The notes under the pieces are model-generated. The model saw only the letters and a program-made list of their open reading frames with translations. It did no database searches and was not told the DNA's origin. A program made the translations under genes and the position numbers. From the NCBI GenBank assembly GCA_004020315.1, contig SAQG01000025.1, positions 13,919 to 77,918 of the forward strand: a stretch of 64,000 nt of DNA, in the 5' to 3' direction. The first letter of the stretch is position 1; each line of letters opens with the position of its first letter. The DNA comes from Mesorhizobium sp. Lineage in GTDB: Bacteria; Pseudomonadota; Alphaproteobacteria; Rhizobiales; Rhizobiaceae. This document shows, one piece after another, positions 29,550 to 39,336 of this stretch.

Positions 29550-30935
29550 TCAGTGCCCGGTGATGCGATCGGCCAGGGCCGCCAGCCGCGATGTGCGCGG
29601 CAGGCCCTTTGCTTCCCGCTCGTCGGCAATTCGATAGAGCTGATACATGGAATGGACGCCCAGCCAGCGCAGCGGCTCTGGCTCCCATTTGCGCACGGTT
29701 CGATTGACCCAGGGAAGCCGCGTCAGCTCGGTGTCGTTGTCCAGCAGAAGATCCCTCAGCGTGCGTCCCGAGAGGTTCGAGGTGGACACGCCGAGGCCGA
29801 CATAGCCGCCTGCCCAGCCTATTCCGGTCTGCTTGTCAAAGCCCACCGTCGTGCACCAGTCACGCGGTACGCCCAGCGTTCCACACCAGGCATGGTCGAG
29901 ACTGAGCCCCTTGGTCTGCGGCAGAAGCATCGTCAGGATCTTGTGCAGCTTGTCGATCGTCGCGTGCTGGGTGACGCCCCGGACGTCGGTCTTCGAGCCA
30001 AACCGATAGGGTACCCCGCGCCCGCCCATGGCAATGCGTCCTTCCCGGGTGCGCTGGGCGTAACAGTATGTGTGTGCGGCGTCGCCGAGCACCTCATAGC
30101 CGTCCCAGCCGATTTCACTCCACAGCTTTTCGGACAATGGCTCGGTGACCACGATGGCGCTGTTGAGCGCCAACCAAAGCCTTTCATGACCGGCAATTCC
30201 GGCGGTGAAGCCCTCGGTCGCCCGCACGATCTTTTCGGCCCGCACCACGCCCCGGTTGGTTGCGACCTTACCCTTTTCGATCGACAGCACGGTCGTCTGT
30301 TCGTAGATCGGGACACCGAGGCGCTCCACTGCCCTGGCGAGCCCCTGCACCAGCTTTGCGGGCTGAACCCGCGCAACTTTCTTGATGACGAAGGCACTGC
30401 GCGCGTTGTGTACCGCTATGCGCCGGCGCATCTCCGCAGCGTCGATATACCCCACGCGTTCATCAGTCAGTTCCCAGGATCTGGCATGGGCATACATCGC
30501 CTTGGCGCGCTGCTCCTGCGCCTCGTTGGTTGCGACCAGCAATTCGTCGGTACGGCGAATGTCGGCGTCGATGCCTTCGGTTTCCGCGACAGATATGACC
30601 TCGTTCACCGTACCGGTCATTGCCGCCTGCATGGCGATGACTCCAGCGCGCGAAGTTGCCCTCTCATATTTCTCGCGCGACCATGAGAACCCGCCGGACA
30701 GCCAGCCGCCATTGCGTCCCGAAGCACCGAAGCCGGCGAACTCCTTCTCGACGATTACAATGTTGAGGTGGGGCGCTGCCTGCTTCAGATAATAGGCGGT
30801 CCAAAGGCCGGTGTAGCCAGCCCCGACGATGCATACGTCGGCCACGATATCGCCCTGCAGCGGCGGTCGATAGTCGGGTAAGCCGCCGATGTCGGCATAC
30901 CAGAATGAAACGTCGCCGTTCTTCTTCACGTCCAT
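29550..30935 (-). CDS. FAD-dependent oxidoreductase (DAO family, gamma-glutamylputrescine oxidase PuuB/OrdL-like)
   Basis: ATG at 30935 (MDVKKNGDVSFWY) in frame with ORF 29550..31538. Dinucleotide-binding motif DVCIVGAGYTGLWTAY. Confidence 0.8.
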   Translation of the reverse strand: MDVKKNGDVSFWYADIGGLPDYRPPLQGDIVADVCIVGAGYTGLWTAYYLKQAAPHLNIVIVEKEFAGFGASGRNGGWLSGGFSWSREKYERATSRAGVIAMQAAMTGTVNEVISVAETEGIDADIRRTDELLVATNEAQEQRAKAMYAHARSWELTDERVGYIDAAEMRRRIAVHNARSAFVIKKVARVQPAKLVQGLARAVERLGVPIYEQTTVLSIEKGKVATNRGVVRAEKIVRATEGFTAGIAGHERLWLALNSAIVVTEPLSEKLWSEIGWDGYEVLGDAAHTYCYAQRTREGRIAMGGRGVPYRFGSKTDVRGVTQHATIDKLHKILTMLLPQTKGLSLDHAWCGTLGVPRDWCTTVGFDKQTGIGWAGGYVGLGVSTSNLSGRTLRDLLLDNDTELTRLPWVNRTVRKWEPEPLRWLGVHSMYQLYRIADEREAKGLPRTSRLAALADRITGH

Positions 30936-30958
30936 TGTCGCGATTTCCCAGATAGGAT

Positions 30959-32068
30959 TCAGGTCAGCGTGAAATCGGCATTTTCGTCGTCCGCCAACAG
31001 CTTCACGTCGCTGCCCGCGAATATGAGGTCGACCTCGTCGCCGATGGCGAAGGTCTCGGCGTCCAGCGTCGAGCGCACGATCGCCTTGGAGCTGTCGGCC
31101 AGCACGACCTCGTATTTGGAGCCAGATCCGAGGTAGATGGCCTCGCCGATGCGCCCGGGCAAGGTGTTTCGATCCTGTCCGCCCTTCCCCCGCCTGGCGA
31201 GGCTCAGCTTCTCCGGCCGCAGCAGCATCACCGGTTTGGCGCCGTCGGAAAGGCGTTTGGCGGCAGCCACTTTCCGTCCGGCTACGTCGATGGCGGTCTC
31301 GTTCCCGGAGGTGGAGGCCGCGCCGCGCAGGATCGTCGAGTCGCCGACGAACTTTCCGACAAACAAGGTCTCGGGCTCGTCGTAGAGTTGGCGGCCGGTG
31401 CCGATCTGCTCGATGCGTCCCTGGTTGAACACGGCGATGCGGTCCGAGAGAACCAGCGCCTCCTCCTGGTCGTGCGTGACGTAAACGAAGGTGGTGCCCA
31501 ATTCCCTGTGAATCCGTTTGATCTCGAGCTGCAGCCATTCGCGCAGCTTCTTGTCGAGCGCGCCGAGCGGCTCGTCCATCAGGAGCAGCGGCGGGTCGAA
31601 CACGATGGCACGCGCCAGCGCGACGCGCTGCTGCTGCCCGCCGGAGAGCTCGCTGGGGAAGCGGTGGCCGAAATCCGCCATCTTCACCATGTCCAGCGCC
31701 TTGCGCACCCGGGACTCGCGATCGGGATTGGCGATGCCGCGCAAGGTCAGCGGATATGCGACGTTCCTGCTGACCGTCATGTGCGGGAACAGCGCGTAGT
31801 GCTGAAACACCACGCCGATGTTGCGTTTGTGCGCCGGTACGCCGATGACGCTCTTGCCGCCGACATCAAGCGAACCCGAGCTGACCTCGGTGAAGCCGGC
31901 GATGACGTTGAGCGTGGTTGTCTTGCCCGAACCGCTGGGTCCGAGCAGCGTCATGAACTCCCCCGGCTCGATGCGCAGCGAAACCTTATCGAGAGCGATG
32001 AAGCTGCCATAGTGTTTGCTGACGGATTTGAGATCGATGGCTGCGCCGCGGGTCGATGATGAAGCCAT
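30959..32068 (-). CDS. ABC transporter ATP-binding protein (PotA/PotG-like)
   Basis: Walker A GPSGSGKTT, signature [14 protein letters not shown], Walker B LLLMDEPLGALD. Confidence 0.9.
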   Translation of the reverse strand: MASSSTRGAAIDLKSVSKHYGSFIALDKVSLRIEPGEFMTLLGPSGSGKTTTLNVIAGFTEVSSGSLDVGGKSVIGVPAHKRNIGVVFQHYALFPHMTVSRNVAYPLTLRGIANPDRESRVRKALDMVKMADFGHRFPSELSGGQQQRVALARAIVFDPPLLLMDEPLGALDKKLREWLQLEIKRIHRELGTTFVYVTHDQEEALVLSDRIAVFNQGRIEQIGTGRQLYDEPETLFVGKFVGDSTILRGAASTSGNETAIDVAGRKVAAAKRLSDGAKPVMLLRPEKLSLARRGKGGQDRNTLPGRIGEAIYLGSGSKYEVVLADSSKAIVRSTLDAETFAIGDEVDLIFAGSDVKLLADDENADFTLT

Positions 32069-32069
32069 G

Positions 32070-32855
32070 TCAACGTTTTCCCTGTCTCGAACCGATCACC
32101 AGCCCTGCCCCGATCACCAGCGACGTCGTGATGAAGAGCAGCGTGCCCACCGCCGCAACAGTGGGGTCGGCGTCCCGGGTAATGCTCGAGAATATCTGGA
32201 CCGGCAGTGTCTTCAGATAGGGGCTGGTGATGAACAGCGCGACGATGATCTCGTCGAATGAGGTTACGAACGCAAACAGCAGGCCCGACAAAATGCCCGG
32301 CGCGATCAGCGGCAACGTCACCGTCCTGAACGCCGTCAGCCGGGTCGCGCCGAGGCTGGCCGCGGCAGTCTCCAGCCGCTTGTCGAAGACTTCCAGGCTG
32401 GCGGAGACGGCGATGATGACGAAAGGGACGGCGAGCATCGTGTGGGCCAGCACGAAGCCGGTCATGGTGCCGACCAAACGCGTATCGAGATAGACCGCGT
32501 AGATCCCGACGGCGAGCACCACCCCCGGCACGACCATTGGCGTGATCAGCAGTGCCCGCAGCACGCCGCTGACGCGGCTTTTCATGCGATCGAGGCCGAA
32601 TGCCGCCAGCGTGCCGATGACGGTGGCGAACACCGCCGTGACGACGGCAACTTTGAGCGAGCCGACCAGGCTCGCCGACCATTCGGGGCTGGTGAAAAAG
32701 TTCTGGTACCACTGCCAGGAAAAGCCGGATGGCGCAAAGGCCAGCGACTTCTTGTCGTTGAACGACATCGGCACGACGACGATTGTCGGTGCGACCAGCC
32801 AGACCGCGACCAGCAGGCAGTACAGACCGAGCAGGATTCGACCGGGCTGTTTCAT
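32070..32855 (-). CDS. ABC transporter permease (PotC/PotI-like)
   Basis: ATG at 32855 (MKQPGRILLGLYCLLVAVW) in frame with ORF 32070..33680. It overlaps the upstream permease stop (ATGA). Confidence 0.85.
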   Translation of the reverse strand: MKQPGRILLGLYCLLVAVWLVAPTIVVVPMSFNDKKSLAFAPSGFSWQWYQNFFTSPEWSASLVGSLKVAVVTAVFATVIGTLAAFGLDRMKSRVSGVLRALLITPMVVPGVVLAVGIYAVYLDTRLVGTMTGFVLAHTMLAVPFVIIAVSASLEVFDKRLETAAASLGATRLTAFRTVTLPLIAPGILSGLLFAFVTSFDEIIVALFITSPYLKTLPVQIFSSITRDADPTVAAVGTLLFITTSLVIGAGLVIGSRQGKR

Positions 32856-33745
32856 CAGCGTCTCGAGCCCGTCTTGTGCGGTTGGCGCGACAGCGGCGCT
32901 GCAAGCGCGAGCAGAACGAAGGTCGCGATCAACAGCACCACACCCATCGCACCGCCGCGGCCCCAGTTGAGCAGGCTGAGCACCTGGTTCTGGATCAGGG
33001 TCGAGAGCATGGTCGAACGCGGACCGCCGAGCAGCGCGGGCGTGATGTAGAAGCCGAGCGCAAGAATGAACACGATGATGGCGCCCGCGTAGACGCCCGG
33101 AAGCGAGAGCGGCAGATAGACCTGGGCAAAGGCGCGCGCCGGGCTTGCGCCGAGGCTTCGTGCTGCCTGCATGAGCCGCAGGTCGATCGTCTTCATCACC
33201 GAATAGAGCGGCAGGATCATGAACGGCAACAGCACCTGCGCCATGCCGATCACCACGCCTGTCTGCGTGCGGATCAGCTTGACCGGGCTGAGCCCGACTG
33301 CCCGGATGACGGAGTTGATCACGCCGGAATCCTGCAACAGGATGACCCATGCCAGGGTGCGCACCACGCCGCTCACCCAGAACGGCACCAGCACGCACAG
33401 GATCAGGATGAGCCGCAACTTGGGTCCGACTGCCGTCATCACATAGGCATAGGGATAGCCGGCAACGAGACATACCAGCGTCACCCAGGCGGAGATCGCG
33501 AAGGTCCGCTGAAGCACGGTCAGGTTGACCGGCGTGCCGAAGAACCAGGCATAGTTCTGCCATCCCCATCGCGGTTCGGAAAAGCTGCGCAAGGTCACGA
33601 TGGCGAGCGGCAGGCCCAGACAGATGACGAGCAGCAGCAGCGCCGGCGCGACGAGCCAGAAAGCCTGTCCACGAAACCACCGCCGCCGGTCGTCTGCCGT
33701 GACAGCCGGAACAGTGTCCCGGCTGTCGATTGCTCTCGTTGCCAC
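32855..33745 (-). CDS. ABC transporter permease (PotB/PotH-like)
   Basis: ORF 32855..33745. Multi-span hydrophobic protein between the binding-protein and second permease genes. Confidence 0.85.
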   Translation of the reverse strand: MATRAIDSRDTVPAVTADDRRRWFRGQAFWLVAPALLLLVICLGLPLAIVTLRSFSEPRWGWQNYAWFFGTPVNLTVLQRTFAISAWVTLVCLVAGYPYAYVMTAVGPKLRLILILCVLVPFWVSGVVRTLAWVILLQDSGVINSVIRAVGLSPVKLIRTQTGVVIGMAQVLLPFMILPLYSVMKTIDLRLMQAARSLGASPARAFAQVYLPLSLPGVYAGAIIVFILALGFYITPALLGGPRSTMLSTLIQNQVLSLLNWGRGGAMGVVLLIATFVLLALAAPLSRQPHKTGSRR

Positions 33746-33755
33746 CGTGGCGGAC

Positions 33756-34826
33756 CTAGTTGCCCGCCATCAACGCGTTCCACTTTTCGTTCGCCACCTC
33801 GAAGTTCTCCACCCAGAACTTGATGTTCTGCTGATAGCCAAGCTTCAGCTTGTCCGGCGTGTTGGTCATGAACGCCGCGGTGATCTCGTCCACTTCGGGC
33901 TTCGCATCCTTGTGGATCGGGGTATACGAGGTGGTTTTTGCAAGGATCTCCTGCGCGCTCTTGCCGACATAGGCGTTGATCAGCGCATGCGCCGCGTCGG
34001 GGTCCTTGACGCCCATCGGAATGGTCATCTGGTCCATCACGACCAGCCAGTCCTGCCACGCCGGCGTGTACTTGGCGCCGTTCTTCACCGCAGTCATGGC
34101 ACGTCCGGTCCACATCGCGATCATGTCGGCTTCGCCGGATTCGGCGAGCTGCTGGGAATCGGCTCCGGTCTTCCAGAAGATCGTGTCCGGACCGAGCGAC
34201 CTCACCTTCTCGATAGCCTTGTCGATATCGGCGACCGTCATGTTTTCGACCGACCCGCCGGCTGCGAGCAGCGCCTGCTCGATCATTCCGCCGGAGAGAT
34301 CGCCGCTGCCCTCCAGAGCGCGCGAGCCCGGGAATTTCTCGATGTCGAAGAAATCCTTCCAGCTCTTGGGCGGGTTATCCTTGTACTTTTCGGTGTTGTA
34401 CATCAGCACCACGCCATAGTTCATGGCCGGCACACTGCATTCGCTGATCTGGCCTTCTGGAATGTTGGACGTGTCGATCTTCGAGAAGTCAAGCTTCTGG
34501 AACAGCTTGCCGCAATAGACGTAGGGCGGGAAATCGCCGGTATCGACAACGTCCCAGGTCACATTGCCGGACTCGACCTGCGCCTGCAATTTCGAGATTT
34601 CGGTTGGCCCGTCGCTGAGCAGCGTCACTCCGGACTTGTCGACGAACTCCTTCAGCGCGGCGATCTGACCATCCTGATAAATGCCTCCATACGAAACGAA
34701 GGTAAGCGTCTTGCCCTTCAGCGAGCCCTCGGCCACCTCGCCTGCCACGGGCTTGCTCTGCGCAAGCGCTGCGGTCGTGACCATCAGCAGCCCGAGTGCG
34801 GCCATCTGTCCGATGTTGGTCTTCAT
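33756..34826 (-). CDS. ABC transporter substrate-binding protein (PotD/PotF-like, polyamine/amine type)
   Basis: Signal peptide MKTNIGQMAALGLLMVTTAALA, about 350 aa, in an operon with Pot-like permeases. Confidence 0.8.
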   Translation of the reverse strand: MKTNIGQMAALGLLMVTTAALAQSKPVAGEVAEGSLKGKTLTFVSYGGIYQDGQIAALKEFVDKSGVTLLSDGPTEISKLQAQVESGNVTWDVVDTGDFPPYVYCGKLFQKLDFSKIDTSNIPEGQISECSVPAMNYGVVLMYNTEKYKDNPPKSWKDFFDIEKFPGSRALEGSGDLSGGMIEQALLAAGGSVENMTVADIDKAIEKVRSLGPDTIFWKTGADSQQLAESGEADMIAMWTGRAMTAVKNGAKYTPAWQDWLVVMDQMTIPMGVKDPDAAHALINAYVGKSAQEILAKTTSYTPIHKDAKPEVDEITAAFMTNTPDKLKLGYQQNIKFWVENFEVANEKWNALMAGN

Positions 34827-34855
34827 GTTCTATCTCCCATTTATGTGCACCCGCA

Positions 34856-35524
34856 TCACTTCGGTTCGCCCGGCTGCGAGCCTTGTCCGGGCGTGTATTG
34901 ATTGAGTTCCGCCGCGCCGCTGGTCGGGGGTGCGATGATCCACAGCACCTGCGCCGGCGTCTTGCCGACGTTCACCGTGCGATGCGGCGTCGAAGTTCCG
35001 TATTCGATGCTGTCGCCCTCGTTCATGACGAAGCGCTCGTCTGCCAGCGTCAGCTCGACCGTCCCCTTCAGGACGACGAACATCTCGTGCTTGCCGCCAT
35101 GCGTGTAAGCGTCGTCGCCGGTCGAACCGCCGACGTCGAAATCCCCCGAATAAACCTCGAACTCATGGATCGGCCGCCGCGACAGCAACGTCTTTCGGCA
35201 ACCGTGGCTGATCGGCAGCAGGGGGCGGTCGGCTCTGGTGAGCACCTTGTGGAACCCACCTTCGGTCTGCTCGAACAGATCGTTGATGCCGAGGTCCAAC
35301 GCAGCCGCGATCCGCATCAAGGTGCTGGCGCTGGCGCCGCTCAGATTGCGCTCGAGCTGGCTGATGAAGCTCGCCGTCGTGCCGACCATGTCGGCCAGCT
35401 GGCGAAGCGAAATGCGTCGGGCCGTACGAATGGCCTTGATCCGCCCGCCGACATGCTTCGCCTTGCCGGCTTCCGTCGCCGTCAGCGCGGCTACCTCCGG
35501 GGATGTCGCAGGGTCGACTTTCAC
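34856..35524 (-). CDS. XRE-family HTH plus cupin transcriptional regulator (PuuR-like architecture)
   Basis: GTG start at 35524 with GGAGG upstream. HTH ISLRQLADMVGTTASFISQLERN followed by a cupin_2-like C-domain. Confidence 0.8.
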   Translation of the reverse strand: MKVDPATSPEVAALTATEAGKAKHVGGRIKAIRTARRISLRQLADMVGTTASFISQLERNLSGASASTLMRIAAALDLGINDLFEQTEGGFHKVLTRADRPLLPISHGCRKTLLSRRPIHEFEVYSGDFDVGGSTGDDAYTHGGKHEMFVVLKGTVELTLADERFVMNEGDSIEYGTSTPHRTVNVGKTPAQVLWIIAPPTSGAAELNQYTPGQGSQPGEPK

Positions 35525-35537
35525 CGAGTGCCTCCTT

Positions 35538-35556
35538 ACTTAACACCTTATTAAGT
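35538..35556. promoter_or_regulatory. AT-rich palindrome ACTTAA-N7-TTAAGT just upstream of the regulator gene (candidate auto-operator)
   Basis: Read directly. It lies 14-32 nt upstream of the GTG start, in an otherwise GC-rich context. Confidence 0.3.
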
Positions 35557-35630
35557 GGGTTCTCGGAACGCAAGTCATTTGTCGAGAAACGATCCTGGGC
35601 CGTCGGCGAAGCTGCGTACACGGACGTTGC

Positions 35631-36701
35631 TCATCTCGCTGGCGAGGCAAAAAAACGGCTCGCGGCGGATTCGGCCACCGCATTGGCGAGGTCCATCCCC
35701 CATTGCGTGCGGCAATAGGCGCGGAAATCGAAGCAGGGCAGGCCGGGGCAGACCTCGAACTCGATGAGATGGACGCTGTTGTCGGCTTCGACCCGGAAGT
35801 CGATGGAAAACACGTCCCGCAGGCCGAGCCCGACCATCAGCCTCTGCGCGATTTGGCGGATGGTTGAATCGGCTCGCGGCTGGCTCGTAGCCACCGGCAG
35901 CAACACAGGCTCGGTATATGTCCCCGCCGCCCTGGCAGCCTCGCCGGTGTCGCCGTAAAGCGCCAGGCTGTCCGCCATGGTCTGGAAATCACCGCCCGAA
36001 TCGACAAAGGCGATGCCGAGCGCCTCGACGCCGGTCTCCGGCTTCAGACCGAGAAAACTGGCGCGCGCATTGCGCCCGGCGACATAGGGCTGCACGACGA
36101 CGTCGTCGCGGTAGGCGGCGAAGACGCGCCGGCTAAGCTCCAGCGCGTGGCCGAGATCACTGCTGCGCGAATCCGGCCAGATGCCGATCTTGGCGCCGAG
36201 CCGGTTCGGCTTGACGAACCAGCCGGTTGGCGAAGCGGGTGGCGCGACCAGCCAGCGGCCGTCGCGGGCGAAGCCGGATTGCGGCACCGGCAGGCCGAGC
36301 GCGCCGAGCACGGCGCCCGAGCGGAACTTGTCCTGGCAGAGCGCAAACAGCGCATCGTCGGCGCCGAGCAGCTTCAGACCGTTCAGCCTTGCCAGAGCCG
36401 GTGCTGTACCGCCGCGGAAATAGGCGATGCCGTCGGTCAGCGTCCACACCAGCGTGGTCTGCGGGTCTTCGCCGGCGAGCACGCCTGCGGCATCATCGAG
36501 CGCCACCGGCGCGAAGGACAGGCCGCGCATCTGGCAGGCTGCGGCCAGCGCGTCGAACTCACGGGCGATGTCGGTCGATTGCGCCAGATAGGAGGCGATT
36601 TCGGCGGCGCGCGCCGGCACGTGACCATCGGCGACCAGCCGGTCGAAGCAGGCCTCTTCCGGCTCGTAGACTAGGATCAGCTTCGGCTTGCGGCTCGACA
36701 T
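35631..36701 (-). CDS. ATP-grasp domain protein (D-Ala-D-Ala ligase-like fold), substrate unknown
   Basis: ORF 35631..36701. ATP-grasp-like blocks WFVKPNRLGAKIGI, VVVQPYVAGRN and FSIDFRVEADNSVHLIEFEVCPGL. Confidence 0.65.
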   Translation of the reverse strand: MSSRKPKLILVYEPEEACFDRLVADGHVPARAAEIASYLAQSTDIAREFDALAAACQMRGLSFAPVALDDAAGVLAGEDPQTTLVWTLTDGIAYFRGGTAPALARLNGLKLLGADDALFALCQDKFRSGAVLGALGLPVPQSGFARDGRWLVAPPASPTGWFVKPNRLGAKIGIWPDSRSSDLGHALELSRRVFAAYRDDVVVQPYVAGRNARASFLGLKPETGVEALGIAFVDSGGDFQTMADSLALYGDTGEAARAAGTYTEPVLLPVATSQPRADSTIRQIAQRLMVGLGLRDVFSIDFRVEADNSVHLIEFEVCPGLPCFDFRAYCRTQWGMDLANAVAESAASRFFASPAR

Positions 36702-36863
36702 GAGATGAACGGGTCCTGGCAGCGCGGTTGCCTACCATTGCACGGCAAATGCATTCGGCTTTCGCGGAAAACCGACGTCAGCCGGACGCCTGCACGACAG
36801 TGCTGGCGCGACCTTCTTGTTTGACCGTGATCTTTTCCGAACCAAAGGTTCGGGACTCAGGGT

Positions 36864-37745
36864 CTAGGCAATCAGCACGCGCGGCTCGAAGCGGCCGTTG
36901 ACCGGAATGTCGAGCAGAAACGTCATGCCGGCTTGCGGGTCCAGCAGGCGCTGTTTCTCATCCTTGCCCGACCAGGCGGAGGTCACCGCCAGCCGGTCGG
37001 CATTCCTGCCGAGAAAGGCCGGGCAGGAAGGTTGCGTCACCGGCATCGCGACCGATCGGATGAGCTTGCCGTCCGGCCCGTAAGCCTCAACGACGCTGCC
37101 GCCCCAACCGGCGTTCCACAGGACACCGTCGCGATCGAGCACCGAACCGTCGATATAGCCCTTAGCCTTGCGATGATCGACGAAGATCTTCGGCTCGCCG
37201 GACGGCAGGCCGGTGGCCGGATCGCAGCCGACCCGCATCAACAGCCCGGTGCTGGTATCGGTGTAATAGGCGACCGTTCCATCTTCGGAAAAGCAGATCG
37301 AGTTCGACACCGTGATGTCCGAATAGAGCCGGCGCAGTTCCCCCTTGAAGAACCAGTAGATCGAGCCGGCGGCCTTTTCCTCACCCTTGCCCATCGTGCC
37401 GACCCAGAAGGCCCCGCAGGGGTGGACGCGCGAATCATTCGAGCGCGTCACCGGATTGTCGGCCTCGATCGCTGTGTGCAGCGTCATCTTGCCGGTCGCC
37501 ACGTCGCGGACATGGAGGCCGGTTTCGGTGGCGATCAACTGTCTGTTGTCGTCGATGATGGCGATGGCACTGGCCATCTGGCCAAGCTCGTGGATGTTGA
37601 GCGCACCGCCGGAAAGGGGTTTTTCCAGAAGCTGGCCGTTGAGGATGTCGAACCAGTAGAGCGTATCGGTGGCGGGGTCATAGCTCGGGCCTTCGCCGAG
37701 CTGACAGACATGGTCGGAAAAAACAGAAACGATGGCTTCGTTCAT
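36864..37745 (-). CDS. SMP-30/gluconolactonase/LRE family protein (sugar lactonase)
   Basis: QLGEGPSYDPATDTLYWFDI and SNDSRVHPCGAFWVGTM motifs, typical of regucalcin-like lactonases. Confidence 0.85.
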   Translation of the reverse strand: MNEAIVSVFSDHVCQLGEGPSYDPATDTLYWFDILNGQLLEKPLSGGALNIHELGQMASAIAIIDDNRQLIATETGLHVRDVATGKMTLHTAIEADNPVTRSNDSRVHPCGAFWVGTMGKGEEKAAGSIYWFFKGELRRLYSDITVSNSICFSEDGTVAYYTDTSTGLLMRVGCDPATGLPSGEPKIFVDHRKAKGYIDGSVLDRDGVLWNAGWGGSVVEAYGPDGKLIRSVAMPVTQPSCPAFLGRNADRLAVTSAWSGKDEKQRLLDPQAGMTFLLDIPVNGRFEPRVLIA

Positions 37746-38383
37746 CCTGCCGCTCCAAACGCCGCATCCCAGGCCACAGCGGCAGCCAGGGCCCGCGCGG
37801 CCACCTCGTCGACGCTCATGCCTGGCTTGAACAGGCTGGAGCCAAGGCCGAAGACGCTGACACCTGCCGCCTTGTAGCCGGCAAAGTCCTTCTCCGAAAC
37901 GCCGCCTACCGCGCCGACCAGCGTCTCGGAAGGCAAAACCGCACGCATTGCCGCGATGCCGGCCGCGCCAAGCACGCTGGCCGGGAAGAATTTCAGTGCC
38001 GAGGCGCCGAGCCGAATCGCCTGGAAAGCCTCGGTCGGCGTGAACACGCCGGGCATCGTCACCATGCCGTAGTTCATGGCGCGGCCCATGACCTCGGCAT
38101 CGATGTTAGGGCTGACCAGCAGCCGCCCGCCGGCTTTGTGCAATCCGTCAACATCGGCAGCTGTCAGCACAGTCCCAGCTCCGACCAGAGCTGTCGCCGG
38201 CAGCGCCTGCACGATATTCGCGATCGAGGCAAAAGGGCCCGGCGAATTGAGCGGCACTTCGATCGCTTCGATGCCGGCCTCGAAGATCGCCCGGCCAATG
38301 GCCACCGCCTCGTCCGGCTTGAGGCCGCGCAGGATGGCGACAAGACCGCGCCCGAGCTTCGGAAACGGTGCGGTCTCGGTCAT
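37742..38383 (-). CDS. dgoA: 2-dehydro-3-deoxy-6-phosphogalactonate aldolase
   Basis: KDPG/KDPGal aldolase family: AILRGLKPDEA, IEVPLNSP, ALKFFPA. It sits directly after dgoK. Confidence 0.8.
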   Translation of the reverse strand: MTETAPFPKLGRGLVAILRGLKPDEAVAIGRAIFEAGIEAIEVPLNSPGPFASIANIVQALPATALVGAGTVLTAADVDGLHKAGGRLLVSPNIDAEVMGRAMNYGMVTMPGVFTPTEAFQAIRLGASALKFFPASVLGAAGIAAMRAVLPSETLVGAVGGVSEKDFAGYKAAGVSVFGLGSSLFKPGMSVDEVAARALAAAVAWDAAFGAAG

Positions 38384-39336
38384 GCTACAACTCCGCTTCC
38401 AGCAATCATGCCATTCTCGCGCGCTGCCTCGATCAGGCCGGCACGCACCGCCTCGTCGGCGTCGACAGTCCGAACCGCGAGTCCGGCGAGGCTGAGCGCC
38501 TCAGTGTACAGCGCGCCGAGCCCGCCGGAAGCGACCAGCACGACCGACCCGCCTTTCCCGTAGCGGCGGCTGGCCGAGGCGATCTCACCGCCGATCAGCA
38601 GGCCGGACAGGCAAGCCGCGGCATCGCCGGGGTTCAGGTCCTGCAGCAGGCCCGCGGCGCGGATCGAGAACAGTCGCGAGGTGATATCGCCGCCGTCGGC
38701 CAGCGCCTGCTCGCACCAGCGCCGGAAAAACGGATTGCCTGGTGCAACCGGCTTGGGCTGCTCGCCCAGCGAATGCCGCAGGATCGAATGCGCCGCCAGC
38801 ACCGAAAACAGCTCGCCGGTCGGCCAGGTGCCAAAACCGGCAACAGCGCCGTCCTCGACCAGCACCCATTTCGAATGGGTGCCGGGCATGCAGACGAGAT
38901 GGCGACCCTTTGCCGGCAGACCAGCGCCGGCAAGCTGCGTTTCCTCGCCACGCAAGACGTCGGGCGTGTCGGCCTGGCGCTGGGCAAGCCCCGGCACGAT
39001 GCGGATGTCGCGGCGCTGGCCGGGAATACGCGCAGCACCGGCAAGGATGGCGCCGATCGGCGCCGGCACGGTGACATAGGGCGCCTCGAGCCAGCCCTGG
39101 CGCGAGCCGGCCATGCCGCAGACGATGACGGGCATCGCTTCCGGCGCGCTCATCGCTGCCAGATGTCCTTCGAGAATGGTCGAAAACCCGGCGGCTTGCG
39201 CGGTGATCAGCCCGTCATCGCCGCGGCGCTCGGCGAGAACATTTCCGGCCTCATCGACCAGCCAGACCCTGAGACGGGTGGTGCCCCAATCGACGGCGGC
39301 AACGGCCGGCGCCTTGCTCGGCGATCCTGAGTTCAC
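38380..39336 (-). CDS. dgoK: 2-dehydro-3-deoxygalactonokinase
   Basis: GTG at 39336 overlaps the upstream SDR stop (GTGA) and is in frame with ORF 38380..39450. AAVDWGTTRLRVWL and VCGMAGSRQGW motifs. Confidence 0.8.
   Translation of the reverse strand: MNSGSPSKAPAVAAVDWGTTRLRVWLVDEAGNVLAERRGDDGLITAQAAGFSTILEGHLAAMSAPEAMPVIVCGMAGSRQGWLEAPYVTVPAPIGAILAGAARIPGQRRDIRIVPGLAQRQADTPDVLRGEETQLAGAGLPAKGRHLVCMPGTHSKWVLVEDGAVAGFGTWPTGELFSVLAAHSILRHSLGEQPKPVAPGNPFFRRWCEQALADGGDITSRLFSIRAAGLLQDLNPGDAAACLSGLLIGGEIASASRRYGKGGSVVLVASGGLGALYTEALSLAGLAVRTVDADEAVRAGLIEAARENGMIAGSGVVA

Noticed and set aside
36837-36853. Hairpin CCGAACC-aaa-GGTTCGG after the lactonase gene as an intrinsic terminator
   Set aside because: On the transcribed (minus) strand it is followed by AAAAG, not a U-tract, so I list it only as an unclassified hairpin.
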